Source: Selaginella moellendorffii
Lineage: Eukaryota; Plantae; Lycopodiophyta
Assembly (NCBI RefSeq): GCF_000143415.4
Contig: NW_003314426.1
Coordinates: forward strand, 149,959-213,958
DNA: 64,000 nucleotides
Reading direction: 5' to 3'
Part shown: positions 45,126 through 58,605 of the stretch, piece after piece
Position numbering within the stretch: the stretch's first letter is position 1
Layout: every line of letters starts with the position of its first letter
Program-made: the position numbers and the translations under genes
Notes under the pieces: model-generated
Databases searched by the model: none
Seen by the model: only the letters and a program-made list of their open reading frames with translations
What the model was told of the DNA's origin: nothing

Positions 45126-47259
45126 TTTCAAACACTATCGATGTTTATTCTCTATCAATAATATAAATTAATTATACCTTATATAATTAATAAAAATATT
45201 TTATTATTTCACTTTTCATTTCATATACTTGTGAGGGTTCTTTTCGCAATACTACCCATAGTATTCGTGAGTCTCCATTTTTTTCTTTATCATCTCAAAA
45301 AATATTTCATAGTAATCTTTTGGGTGCGTGATGTTGCAATGTATTATGAGAGCATATGTACTATCATAGTTGTTTTTTTTTTCCTTTCAAATGGTTATAC
45401 GTCCTTATATATAATCTTAATTCAAATTTAATAATTTTAAAATTCTAATGAACCTGACATTTACAAGCTAGAAAGCACAGAGTACAAATTTAAAGAAGTG
45501 ACAAGAATACTCTTTTTGCAAACATTTTATTTTATGTTCTAACAAATGTCTCTATCATTGCATGTAGTAAATATTTAAATTATTAAAACAAGAAGTGTCC
45601 TTTAGAACATTTTTATCTATATAATATATAAAGAGTTATGAAATTATTAAGTTCACCATAACTTTAAAATTTTAAAGTTTATAATAATTGTACTAAATTA
45701 TAATTGAAAATTGAGCTCAACTCGTGAGCTTAACTGTCCAACTCATGAGCTCAAGTATGGTCTGCGCTCTGGATTGGGAAGTTATTAATTATTATTTTTT
45801 TATTTCTAATCTAGATGTAATATAAAATAAATAAGGAAGTATACAGTAACTTAAAAATGAATTTTGCTTACAGCATTATTTATTATATAGCTAGCAATAT
45901 AATAATAATTATAAATAAATTTGCTCTAATTTATAAATAAATTATAAGAAAATATGTCTCTGATATATTATTTTTCAATTATAGTTAATCACTTGGATCC
46001 CTTGGAAATGATGAACTTCAAAAGATTACACAATGGCTAGTGCAAAATTTGTTTTATAATCTTGTTGTAGAGTAACTAATAGAGCAACAATAGTATGCAT
46101 AGCATTTTTAGTTTACTTTAGAAAATATAGTGTAAAGCATATACCTAAAATATTTAATATATAATAAAATATTCCTCATTCTAACGGTTATAATTTCTTG
46201 CTGTTAAACTTTTCTATAATTCATTTTTATCAAGATTTAATTCTAATATTCTTGGGGGATGGGGAGGGGGGACAGCTTCCTATTAGGTGTGTCTATCTTT
46301 ATTTTACATTTGGCTTAGGTCTAAGCTTAAGATCCATACCATGTTAGCTAGTGGAGTATTTATATCCTTGCGCTAGACCATTAATATGTTGAAATAATGC
46401 TTTAGCTTTGTTTTACATGTTTGTTTTAATGTTGGGATGCTAAAAGTTTTAAGACTATTTTAATGTTGTTTTGTGCTCCTGTTTCATCGCTCCTTAGTTG
46501 CATATTCAAGAGTTGTTCCATACTTTTATTTTTTTGTTCATTAGGCATATGCTTAGGAGTTTGATTCTATCATTTTGTTTAGTGGCCTAAAGCCCTAAAA
46601 CTTAGGTGTTGCCCTTAGCACACATATCTCAAAAGTTAGGTCTGTTCCATTGCTATCCTATAGTAATTAAAAGGTGAAAATCATATATGCTATAGATATA
46701 AAGATGATTTTGTCTTAAGTATATGCTAGAAGATAAAGAAGATTTTATCTTGAAGCATATGCTAAAAGATAACCATGCAAAGTAGAAGAGGATCCATATC
46801 AAAAGGTGGTAATATACCCATACAAACAATAATTTGATAGATATAAAGGAATTCAAAGTGCTCAACCATATGTTGTGTGGCATCAGAATTAATAATAAGA
46901 GTAAAAAACAACTAATAGTTAATAAAGCACCAGTAACATGAGTATGATTGTGTTGAAAATCCATAGTTAAAAATAAAATAGGAGAAGATGAGTCATCAAT
47001 AGTAGCATATGTCTATTGTTGTTATCCATTAGAACTAGTAGCAATATAAGCTTCAGAGACTTGCCATGGATGAGGAATAACATGAGAAATTGAATAAGTA
47101 TTATTTAGATGTTGACAAAAAAATTAGGAAATACGGCCAAAACGATTCTAAATATATAGTAGGGATAGTGGGTAAGTTGGGCATGGTTGACCAACCTGAA
47201 ACATTATCTAGCTTCTTATTAGGTATGTTCATTTTTGTTTTACGTTTGGCTTAAGTTTA

Positions 47260-48106
47260 AGCCCAAACTTTGTACTATATTAGCTGGTGGAATATTTTTA
47301 TGTTAGGCCACTATTATGCTAAAATAGTCTTTTAGCTCCATTTTATGTGATAGTCTTGATATTGGAATGCTAAAAGCTCTATTCCTTATTCCTTATTTGT
47401 TCTTATTCCTTTGTTCATTAGCTTTATATATACTCAAGAGTTTTATTCATCATTTTATTTATTCACTCTTATTCCTTTGTTCATTGGTTATATATATACT
47501 CAAGAGTTTTGTTCATCCCTTTGTTTAGTGGCCAAGGCCCTAAAACTTAGGTGCCACTCTATTGCCATTAGCACACACACACACGATTGAAAAAAAGGGG
47601 TACATTTTTATTCATCCCTTTATATTTGAACTCTATAGATTATCTCTCAAGTCATTCCCTTTGGTTATTTACAATTCATTACGTTTCTCTATAAGTTCTT
47701 TATAGATGTAACTTTCTTGACACTGTACAAGTTAAGCTTAACTGGAATAAATTAGACTTGCTAAATGTCAATCTCAACATATGGTATAATAAGCCCAAAC
47801 TTTGTACTATATTAGCTGGTGGAATATTTTTATGTTAGGCCACTATTATGCTAAAATAGTCTTTTAGCTCCATTTTATGTGATAGTCTTGATATTGGAAT
47901 GCTAAAAGCTCTATTCCTTATTCCTTATTTGTTCTTATTCCTTTGTTCATTAGCTTTATATATACTCAAGAGTTTTATTCATCATTTTATTTATTCACTC
48001 TTATTCCTTTGTTCATTGGTTATATATATACTCAAGAGTTTTGTTCATCCCTTTTTTTAGTGGCCAAGGCCCTAAAACTTAGGTGCCACTCTATTGCCAT
48101 TAGCGC

Positions 48107-48110
<4 letters not shown>
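47260..48110. repeat. Local tandem duplication (47260-47580 matches 47791-48110) followed by an (AC)n(AT)n microsatellite to 48166
   Basis: Directly visible duplication. Confidence 0.85.
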
Positions 48111-48163
<53 letters not shown>

Positions 48164-48169
<6 letters not shown>

Positions 48170-48701
48170 CTTTTAAATTTGGATTTCTCATGATGTCATT
48201 AAGCCCAATACTATTCAACATTTAAACTTAAGGACACTTAACCCTAAATATTTTGAAACCTTTAATTGATTGAAAAAAAGGGGTACACTTTTATTCATCC
48301 CTTTATATTTGAACTATATAGATCATCTCTCAAGTCATTCCCTTTAGTTATTTACAATTCATTACGTTTCTTTATAAGTTCTTTATAGATGCAGCTTTCT
48401 TGACACTGTACAAGTCAAGCTTAATTGGAATAAATTAGACTTGCTAAATGTTAATCTCAACATATGGTATAATTCCTCTAGCCAACTGAAAGTTAAACCC
48501 AAGATCCCTCTAATATTAAATGTAAGCTCATAAATTTAAACTTTTTGGGAGGTCATCCAACTTAGGTTATTCAAACGCAAGAATATTTAACCCCAAGTAT
48601 TCCAAGACCTCTAACTGGTTACACTTTTATTTATGGGCCCTTTCCCCTTATATTTGAATATCATATATCATTTCTCGAGTCATTCCTATTAGTTGTTTAC
48701 A
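48164..48701 (-). mobile_element. Decayed Cassandra-like TRIM (LTRs 48164-48356 and 48521-48701)
   Basis: Both segments align to the reverse complement of 19562-19754, including the 5S-like part; decayed PBS CTCTAATATTA next to 48521. Confidence 0.65.
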
Positions 48702-48920
48702 ATATGTTTCAAGAGATATGGTCATTTTATAATAATTAACTATAGGCTATAAGGTGAAAATCATATGTATTACATATATAAAGATGATTTTGTTGTGAAA
48801 TATATATATAAAAAGATGATCATGCAAAGTAAAAGAGTATCCATAACAATCAAAAGTTGGTAATATACTCATGTTTACAATACAAGCAATAGATAAAATA
48901 TTAGTGTGAAGGGATGGAAT

Positions 48921-49111
48921 TATAAACTTTTAAATTTAAATTTCTTGGGAAGTCATCAAACCTATTACTACTCAACTAAAAGATATGTATTAAGTATTCC
49001 AAAACCCTTAATTGATTGGAAAATAAAATACACTTTTGTTCATAAGCCTTTTCCCTTTGTATTTAAATCTTTACATATCATTTCTCAAATTATTCTTTTT
49101 GGTTGATTACA
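48921..49111 (-). mobile_element. Decayed Cassandra-like solo LTR
   Basis: Similar to the reverse complement of 19562-19754; flanks GGAAT/GAAAT resemble a TSD. Confidence 0.55.
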
Positions 49112-49169
49112 GAAATATAAAAAACTCTCTTGAGAAAAAGAGAGTTTTAAATTTGTATCCTAAATAACT

Positions 49170-49800
49170 TGGATAATCATAAAGGAATTCAAAGTACTCA
49201 ACCATATATTATGTGGCATCAGAGTCAACATTAAGAGTAAAAGAAGAACTAATAGTCAATAAAACACCAGTAATATAAGCATGATAAGAATCCTTAGTTA
49301 AAGACAAAATAGGAGAAGATGATTCATCGATAGTAGTATATACTTGTTGCTGTTATCCACTAGAACTAGTAGCAATATAAGCTTAAGGGAGTTGCCATGG
49401 ATGAAGAATAACATGAGAAATTGAACAAGTATTATTTAGGTATTGATAACAAAATTAAAAAATATGGTTAGAACGATGATAAAACCCAGAAGATTGATGA
49501 TAAAGGCATGCTTATCAACCATAATTATAACAACTATTGCCCAAACCACCATAAGAATGAAATGAATTTTATTAAAAAGAGAACCACTTATTTGAAACAT
49601 GAGCATTAATAGATGGTGACTGAGAGTAAAGTGTCGGGGGAAGCATATTGAACAACAATTCTAATCACAAATTGCAGTAAGAGCAATCTTAAAATTATAA
49701 TGATCATTCATCATAAGATTAGTAACCACAATAGAATACTTTAAAGGAAGAGTGTTCAAAAACCAAAGAAAGCAATCCTCAAGGGTAAGAGTCATGTCTC
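49170..49800 (-). pseudogene. Possible decayed Ty1/copia gag-protease remnant (related copy at about 46840-47160)
   Basis: Translates to FLNTLPLKYSIVVTNL (copia gag-like) and VDSDAT*YM (DSGAT.HM-like) with many stops. Confidence 0.4.
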
Positions 49801-52289
49801 AGCTGTAAGTCTAGTTATATCATATAGCCTTTGTGATATTGCTTGGATCTATAATTCTTAGGTGAAAACTTGATAAAGTTCTTTGGTGTAGTTTGGATTG
49901 CGATTGCAACTAATTGCGCTAGTCTGCTGTTGTAGTTGCAAAATGACAAAGGGCTTTTGATGTCATTGATCTTGTGTTGGTACAGTAATTCTCGCCCTAG
50001 AACAAGCTACCAAACACAGGAATCAATTAAAAACTAACTTGAGATCTTCAATGCTCAAGAAGGCTCATGCAAATGGTTGTGAGTAAGGATAGGCTTGATA
50101 TTACTAGAATACTCCAAGTCGTGAGAAAATGAATGTGCATTGGTCATAAGCTGGAATACAATAGAGAAGTGCTAACTCTCCCCTTTAATTACTCTTACAT
50201 GGTGGCAACTGCCACTTCTTCATGAGTCATGATCGTCAACTACGAAGCTTTGCACTTTTTTTAGCAAGCTGGTCATTGATGCATTGTGTTTCCGCACATA
50301 CTGTCCTCTAGGACATATCTCTAGAGTTAGGATTTTGCTCTTTGCAATGGAGTGTCAAGTTTGAGTCCTTGTGGTAACTTTCTTGAGTTTTTTCTTTGTT
50401 GGTGTGGTAGTGTTGGAGAAGCTTGCTTTATGTTGGTCTTTGGCATGTTTGTTAATGAGTCTTATGACATTTGTTAGTATCTAAATCTTGTTTTGGGTCA
50501 AAGTTCTTCAAATTATTATTTTTCTTCATGTTGTTTTCTTGAGCTTGATTTTTCAGAGTTTTTCTTGTGTTGGATTTTTGAATTTGAGCTTTGTGTTTTT
50601 TTATTGTGTTGAGTTCTTGAGCTTGAACTTTGTAAATCTTAAATGTGTTGAAATTTTGAGTTTGAGTTTTCATAGTCTTGATTTTTTGATCTTCATGCCT
50701 GTAGTTCTTCTTGATATTTCATTCTTGATCTTTAAAATTGAAACCTTCATTTCTTTTAAGATTGTTGTTGATGATGTTTGAGTCGTATGATTGGTATTTC
50801 TTAAGCTTGTTAAGGTTGATGGTTTGGAGATGTTTGCCATCGAATGTTGCAATTGTTCCCATTCCTGGAGCTTTGAATTTTTTAATGAGGAATGGTCCTT
50901 CTCATCTTGACTTCACTTTCGAGCCGATTTTCTCAATGTTTTTTAGAAACCAAAGTACTTGATCATTGATCTTGAATTCTTTATTTTTCTTTAATTTTCT
51001 CTTTTAGTCATGGTTGGATTTTCTTCAAGCTTAAATGGCTTCGAGTGTCTAAATTGCTTATAGTTTTTCTTTATCGACTAGTTTTTTTTTAATTGATTCT
51101 TCTTGGTTGATCTCGTAGTGTATTGCCATTCACAATGAAGGACGATGTACTTGAGTGGTGTTAGGGCTTCTAAGTCATAAGCAAGCTTGAATAATGTCGA
51201 ATTTGTTGAAACCTTGTATGTTGTTCAATATACCCATAAGGTATTGTAAATATGATTGTCCCAATCTTTCTAATTTGTTTTTATGATTTTCTTGAGGATG
51301 TTCTTAAGTGTCTTGTTTGTCAACTCTGTTTAACCGTTGCCTTGAGGGTAGTATGGTGTTAAAACCTTATGCTTGTTTCTCTTGAAGCTTGTTATGAGTA
51401 GTCCAAAGAAGTCGAGTCCTTATCGTTAAAATGGTTCCAGTGGTGTTGTTAGATGAAGCTCTTAAATTTGTTTCTTTGATGTGTACTTGGTTTGTTGACA
51501 AATGTTGCATTCTTGACAAAATTTTACTAAATTATGCCAAAGTGTTAGCCACCAGAGTCCTACTTGCAAAATCTTGTGAGCTGTGATTTCTTCTGTGAAG
51601 TGGCCTCTTGCTTGTCCATAGTGGGCTTCTCCAAGTAGATCTTGAGTTCTTCAAGTTGTACACATCTTCGTAGCACATTGTCTCGTCCTTTTTTGTACAA
51701 TCTTCCTCCCATGACTGAATACCTCAAGGCAAATTGTTTACGGTGATTAGAGATGGAGTATTGATTTGGAATTATTGTTGTTATTAGGTAGTAGTAGATG
51801 TCATTCGTCCATGTTAATGATGTGTGGATGCAAAGTATGTTGGAGTCAGGAAAGTCGTCCATATTATATTTTAGTTGTTCACTAGTTGTAATGTAGCTAA
51901 GGTGGTTGGTTTATACATGTTGTTTGCCAGGTTTGTGAATAATCTTGAAGTTGTATTCTTGAAGTAATAAGAAGCATTAGGTAATTCTACTGGTGAAGAT
52001 GGTCTTGTTGAGGAGATGTAAAAGTGCTTTGTAGTTAACAATGATCTTGACTTTGGTGCCGAGTAGGTAGTGTCAAAACTTTTATAGTGCATAGACCATT
52101 GCTAAAACTTCTTTTTTAGTGGTGGTGTAGTTCATCTCAGCTAAGTTGAGTCTTCAGCTCGCATAATAAATTGGTCGGTCTTTGAGGTCTTATTGTTGTT
52201 GAGAAAGTATTGCTCTGATGGCATAATCAAAGGTGTCAATGTGTATTGAAGTCTTTGTCCCAGTTTGGTTGGGCAAGTATTGGAGCCCT

Positions 52290-55200
52290 TGTTAAGGAAT
52301 TTGTTAGGAACCCCCAATTCTTGCCACATTCTTGACTCTCGCCAAATTCCTGACCCACAGACCACATTCCTGACTCTCAAGACACGACCACATTCCTGAC
52401 TCTTAAGACACTTCCCTATTCCTGACTCTTTGATTTCCTGTATGATTCCTGATTCTCGGACCACATTGCTGATGATGATGTGGCACCTCCTCGACCTCAG
52501 TTATATTTAGACTGTCCTCAATCCAAGAGTGTTGAAGCTTCATCAACCTATAGTATATATAGGTTAGCCTTGTTCCATTTCTTCACAATATGAATCAACA
52601 CTAGTCTAAGGCCTTTTCTTCATCTCCACTAGCTTTTCTCTTTGTCTTTTGCATTTTCCAGTCCTGATCTTATTGGGGGTCTTGACAGTTTGATTCAAAT
52701 TGTGCTTTCTGCTTTTGTTTTAGCTCAAGATGAGTTTCCCGGCGATGTTCTCAAGCAAGCGTTTGGAGCTTCGCAGATTCCTGAACCAGATGGAGCTGAT
52801 CTTTGCACTTCAACATCGGTGATACCCCACTCTCGAGTCTCAAATCGGCACGATCGGGACATTGGTCAAAGGTGCAGCTTTGTCATGGTTTTCTCCTCTC
52901 CTGGAGAAGAGCATGAAAGGGGTCATGGTTCTGGAGCTGATGGATCTTCAGTTGTTCAAAGAGGATCTTGAAGCATGTTTTGGTGAGATAGATTGGGTTT
53001 GGGCTGCCACCACAAAAATGAGACGTCTCTTTCAGGGGTCTCATCTTGCCTCAATCTATGCTACAGAGTTCCAACTCCTTGCCTTGGATACTCAATGGGA
53101 TGAGCGGGCCTTGATTGATCAATTTCGTTTTGGCCTCAACAACAGTGTCAAGGATTTGTTGCTCACCATGGAGGATCCCACAGACCTGTCGGACGCCATC
53201 AACAAAGCTATTTGATGTGATAATCGTTTCTTTGAACGTTGTTAGGAAAGTCACCACACCACCATTTTCCCGTCCCAGACTCAGGAATCCCAACTTGAGT
53301 CTTTGGGGCATACTCTTGAACCTACTACTCCAGTCCTAATGGATATTACTGGCACTCCCCGACTCATCAGAGGGAAGCTAAGTCCTACTGAGAAGCAAAG
53401 TCGAGTATCTTAGAATCTTTGCCTCTACTGTGCTGATCCTAATCACTAAGCAGCTGTGTGTCCTAAGAAGCCTCCTTGATTGCTCGAGTTCACTCTGCCT
53501 TAAGGTCCACCTCTATTGCAGTCAGGAAACGACCTTGTCCAAACAGAGTAGGAGCTGTCTATTTGAACTCCCCGAATAAAAACAACTTTTCTTCTTTATC
53601 AAACTCCTCACCACCTTTCATCAAAGCCACCACCAATTCCCGCAACTTTCGCATCCTATGTCTCCTTTCTTTCACCGAACAATCAGGACTCAAGGCTCTG
53701 GCGCTACTGGACTTGAGTGTAACTTCTTGCTTCATGGACACGGACTTTGCTGCCCGACATTATGTTCCTCTTTCTCCTACCATATGGGATATGAGGGTTG
53801 AAGGCATTGGCAGGCAATTTGTGTCTCCATCTTTTGGACTTAGGGAAACATTGCCTGTTCGAGTACATATTGGGTCCAACGTCACTGATATCGCCTTCAA
53901 CATCATCAACAACAAGTCTTCCTCTGTGGTGCTCGGCCTTCCTTGGTTCCAACTGCACCAGCCTCAGATCTATTGGAAGGAATTACAGCTCGTTTCTCCC
54001 ACATCAGCATCTCCCATGTCTTCCCCTATTGTTCATCAAGTCCAAATCAGGAAAAGTTCCCTAAACTCAAATTGGGGTTTTGTTCCTAACTCTACAAATT
54101 TTTCACCCTCTTATTTTCCCTCTTTTCCATCTTACATTGAACAGTATCTTTGTCCCATCATTCCATTCAGTCATACGCCTCCTCCTATCTCCACAATTAC
54201 AATGAAAGAACTCCTTCATAAAAAACCTATTTTCCTTTTTGCTTTGCATGTTTCTCTTGTCAGTCTTTCTGAGAAGTATCATGATTTTGGGAATGTGTTT
54301 GACAAGAAAAAAGCTAGTGTACTATCTGTTCATCGGCCTTATGACTGTCCTATTGATTTACAGGAAGGAGCATCACCTTCGTGGGGGCCTATCTACAAAT
54401 TATCCCCGTCTGAGTCTAAGGCCTTTGTAAGCAACCAAAGGGAACGATTCAAGACATAGTCTATAGGGTTCAAATATAGAGGAAAAGGGCCCATGAACAA
54501 TAGTGCACCCCCTTCTCGAATCGGTTAAGGGTCTTGGGATATTTGGGGTTAAGCGTCCTTGGGTTTGAATAGTACTGGGCTGAGTGACCTCCCCGGAAGT
54601 CCAAACTTAGGAGTTTACAGCCCTCAAAGAGTACATGGACGAGAACCTTGCATTGGGGTACATTTAGCATTCGCAATCCCTGGCTGGAGCACCTATCTTC
54701 TTTGTCAAGAAGAAGCATGGGAGTTTACGGTTAGTCATTGACTACTGAGGTTTGAACAAGGTGACTATTCGGAACCATTATCTTTGGAACGCCTCGGTGG
54801 TGTGCACTTCTTCACCAAGATTCACCTTTGTGGAGCATACAACTTGATCCAGATCCGGCCTAGCGATGAATGGAAGACTGCATTCTGAACCCGCTATGGC
54901 CACTTCGAGTACACGGTCATGCCCTTTGGCTTGACAAATGCTCCAGCAGTTTTCCAACATATGGCAAACGACATCTTTCAGGAGTTTCTTGATGTGATGG
55001 TGATCGTCTACCTCGACGACATCCTCATCTACTCAAAAACTTAGGAGGAGCACGACGAGCATGTGCGTAAGGTGCTAGTGAAGCTGCGGGAACATGGCCT
55101 ATATGCAAAGCTTGTGAAATGTTCCTTCAATCAGGAGTCTATGGAGTTCCTTGGGTACATTATCACTCCTGAGGGTATCACGATGGATCCTGCCAAAGTC

Positions 55201-57340
55201 AAGACTATTCTCGAATGGGAGCCTCCACAATCAATGTCAGACATTCAGGTTTTTCTTGGCTTCACCAATTTTTACCGCAAATTCATTGATCACTACTCCG
55301 ACATTGTCCTTCCTCTCACGCATCTCACTCGCAAGGATGTTCCCTTCTCTTGGTTTGCTGCTGCCCAGCAAGCCTTTAACACACTCAAGGTGGCCTTCAG
55401 TTTTGCTCCCGTCTTGATCCACGCTGATCCCTCACAACCTTTCTTCATCAAGGCAGATGCCTCCGACTTTGCCATCGGTGCTATGCTGTCTCAACTCGGA
55501 GCAGATCAGCTCCTTGCCATTGTGGATTCCTTTAGAAAGTGGCATCATTTCTTGGAGGGGGCGAGCCATCAAACAATGGTGTAGACGGATCACAAAAATC
55601 TGGAGTACTTTGCCACTTCCCGAGTTTTGAGCCGTCGTCAGGCAAGGTGGGCACAATTCCTGAGTCAGTTTGAATTTGTTATCAAGTACAAACCTAGAAA
55701 GCTTCAGGGCCTTCCTGATGCTCTTTCAAGGCACTCCTATCTCAGTCTCAGGCCTGGTAATCCTGCTTTCGATCAACAGGATCAAGTTATCCTTGGTCCT
55801 GATCTTCTTCAAGTTATGGCAATTTCCCTGGCCCCTCAGGACTCCTCCTTGATGGACGTGATCAGAAATGATCTTCAATCTGACGACCTCACCAGTGACA
55901 TTTTCCCCCATCTTTAGGCTGGACATCCAATGACTCCCGATTGCCGGCGATTTGACAAATTCAAGTTTTTAGATGGTTTGTTGTACCGTGGGGAGCAGAT
56001 TTACATTGCTAAAGGTGATGCTCGAAGGTTGGTCCTGATGGCATGCCATGATAGCCCAACTGCTGGTCACTTTGGCATTGCGAAAACCTATGAGCTGGTT
56101 GCACGGGACTTTTGGTGGCCTCACATGGACAATTACATCAAAGCTTTTGTTACTTCTTGTGACACTTGTGCCCGGAATAAGGTACCTTGCCACTTTCCTT
56201 TAGGTTTGCTTCATTCCTTCCTGGTCCCTTCAGGTCCTTGGGAATCCATCTCAATGGATTTCTTGAGTGATCTTCCAAGTTCTGGAAGCTTCAACAACAT
56301 TTTAGTCGTGGTGGATCGCTTCACAAAGATGGCACACTTCCTGCCGTGTACCAAGGAGCTTTTAGGCGAGGACATGGCAAAACTGGTATTCAAGGAAATT
56401 TTCCGACTTCATGGGATTCTTGTAGATGTAGTTTCGGATCCAGGACCTCAATTCATCTCTCATTTTTGGCAACAGTTCCTGCAGCTTCTTGGAGTGAAGG
56501 CCAACCTCTCTTCAGCATATCATCCTCAAACTGATGGACAGTCCGAGCGAACGATTTAGACATTGGAACAATTCCTGAGGTGTTTCATCAACTATCATCA
56601 TAATGACTGGTTCAATATCCTTCCCCTTGCTGAGTTCTCCTATAACAACTCCATTCACTCCTCCCTTCAAGTTTCCCCCTTCTTTACAAACTCTGGCTGA
56701 AATCCCTGATTTAATCTCTCACTTCCTTCTCTATCTGAATCCTCTCGTTCAAATCCCCACTTTGAGGCATTTATCTCTAACCTCTACGAAATCCATAACT
56801 CCATCTCCTTCCACCTTCATCGTGCTCAAGAATCTCACAAAACACTCACCAATGTCCATCGTCAGGATTGTCCCTTTTACAATATCGGGGATATCCTTAG
56901 GTGAAATATCTCCACCACCAGGCTATGTCCCAAACTCGATTTCAAATGCCTTGGTCCTTTCCTTATCACTGCCATCATTAATCCTGTCATTTATCGCCTT
57001 GCACTTCCCTCCTCATATCAAATTCACCCCGTTTTTCACTCCTCTCTCCTTGAGCCTTACATTCCCAGTCCTATTCCAAATCGGGTCATTCCTCCACCTC
57101 CCCAGTGCAGCTTGAAGATGGGTCTAAGTACAAGGTTCAGGACATCCTTGATTCCAAAATCTCACGGTCTAAACTCTATTATCTGGTAGATTAGAAGGGT
57201 TACGAACTTAAGGAATGCACTTGGGAACCTACAGACCACTTAATTCATTCTCCTGACCTTATTCATGACTTTCACTGCCGCTATCCTTCTCATTTTAGTC
57301 CTCATTCTTTTCATTCCCCATCTCCTATCCCTCGACGCCC
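52290..57340 (+). mobile_element. Degenerate gypsy chromovirus (duplicate of 17492-22273), retaining the chromodomain
   Basis: Same ORF fragments, plus [18 protein letters not shown]...TWEP at about 57127-57290. Confidence 0.9.
54426..54619 (+). mobile_element. Cassandra-like solo LTR with 5S rRNA-derived segment (duplicate)
   Basis: GTTAAGCGTCCTTGGG..AGTACTGGGCTGAGTGACCTCCCCGGAAGTCC; TSD GCCTT/GCCCT. Confidence 0.85.
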
Positions 57341-58605
57341 AAGAAGGATCGTAGTCCGGTGACTAAAGCACTATTATATGAGTATGGACTATCTTTTTAA
57401 GTTGGAGGCATTAGTGATGTGAGCGGTGCTTGCTTTCCTTAAGGATATCCTAGTACTCCCTCATCTTGGCTGTGCCATAATTCTCTACCTCAAAAGTACA
57501 CTTAGCTCAGAAAAGTGAAATCATTTATAAAGAGACTATCTAAACTGCTGCGTAACCTTGTGTTATTGTGAAAGTTCTTGCTTCTTCATCATGTTATTTA
57601 CTTTAATCGGTCTTCAATCTATTCTCGGGCTTTATGATTCCCATATTCTTGTCTTGCTTGCTCACAACATTGTGTTTTTCCTGCAGAGGATTCCAAGTGT
57701 TGGATCTGGTACTATTGGATATGTTTGGCCTGATCATGTCCTAGTATGGAAACCGTCTATGTGTAAAAGTTTTTGATATTTTCTTTGGAAAAACAAAAGA
57801 GTTTGAAACTTTGTGTTTTTTGGGATAAAGTTTCATACTTATATTAGAGAGTGTCCCAACAAATATTAAAGTCTTCAACTAAAATTATAATATTGAATGC
57901 ATTTCAATACAAAATTAAGCAAGATATTTAATTATTCATCTTTTTCTATAAACAATGCTGGGTATAAACCCATTTAAAATATTTCATAATTTCTTTATAT
58001 TGTAGGTTATGCTTGATTTAAAGGAGTTTTTGTAAGTTAATAATTTTTTTTTCTAATCTAGATGTAATATAATATAAATAAGGAAGTAAACTTAATATTA
58101 GAGTAACTTAAAAATTAATGTTTCTTACATCATTATTCATTATATAGCTGTCTCTTGGTCTAGCTGATGTAGCATTCTAATTTCAGTACTATAAGTTTAT
58201 GATAATAATATTAAATAAATTTTCTCTAAATTATAAGAAAATATGTCTCTGATATATTTTTTTTCAATTATAGTTAATCACTTGGATCCCTTGGAAATGA
58301 TGAACTTGAAAAGATTACATAATGGCTAGTTGTAATATAGAGGGCACAAAATCTAGCTATCTAAGATTGATGGCCTGATAGTTAAACATGAAAGAACTTA
58401 AGAGAGTTAAATATTGTTCTAGCTATTTAAAAACTAGAAACTAGTGGGGACACCATTCCTTGCCATTTGTCCTGGTGTGCAACAGCTAGCAATTAACATT
58501 AATATTCAATGGTATGCAAATGCCTCAATTTAAACAAATGCCGAGTCTCATTAGTTGTTATTCTTAGCATTCAAGTATGTTAAGAAATATATTAGAATAT
58601 ACATT

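Noticed and set aside
45790-46040. AT-rich segment repeated at about 58045-58330
   Set aside because: Real similarity, but no termini or coding signal that allow classification.
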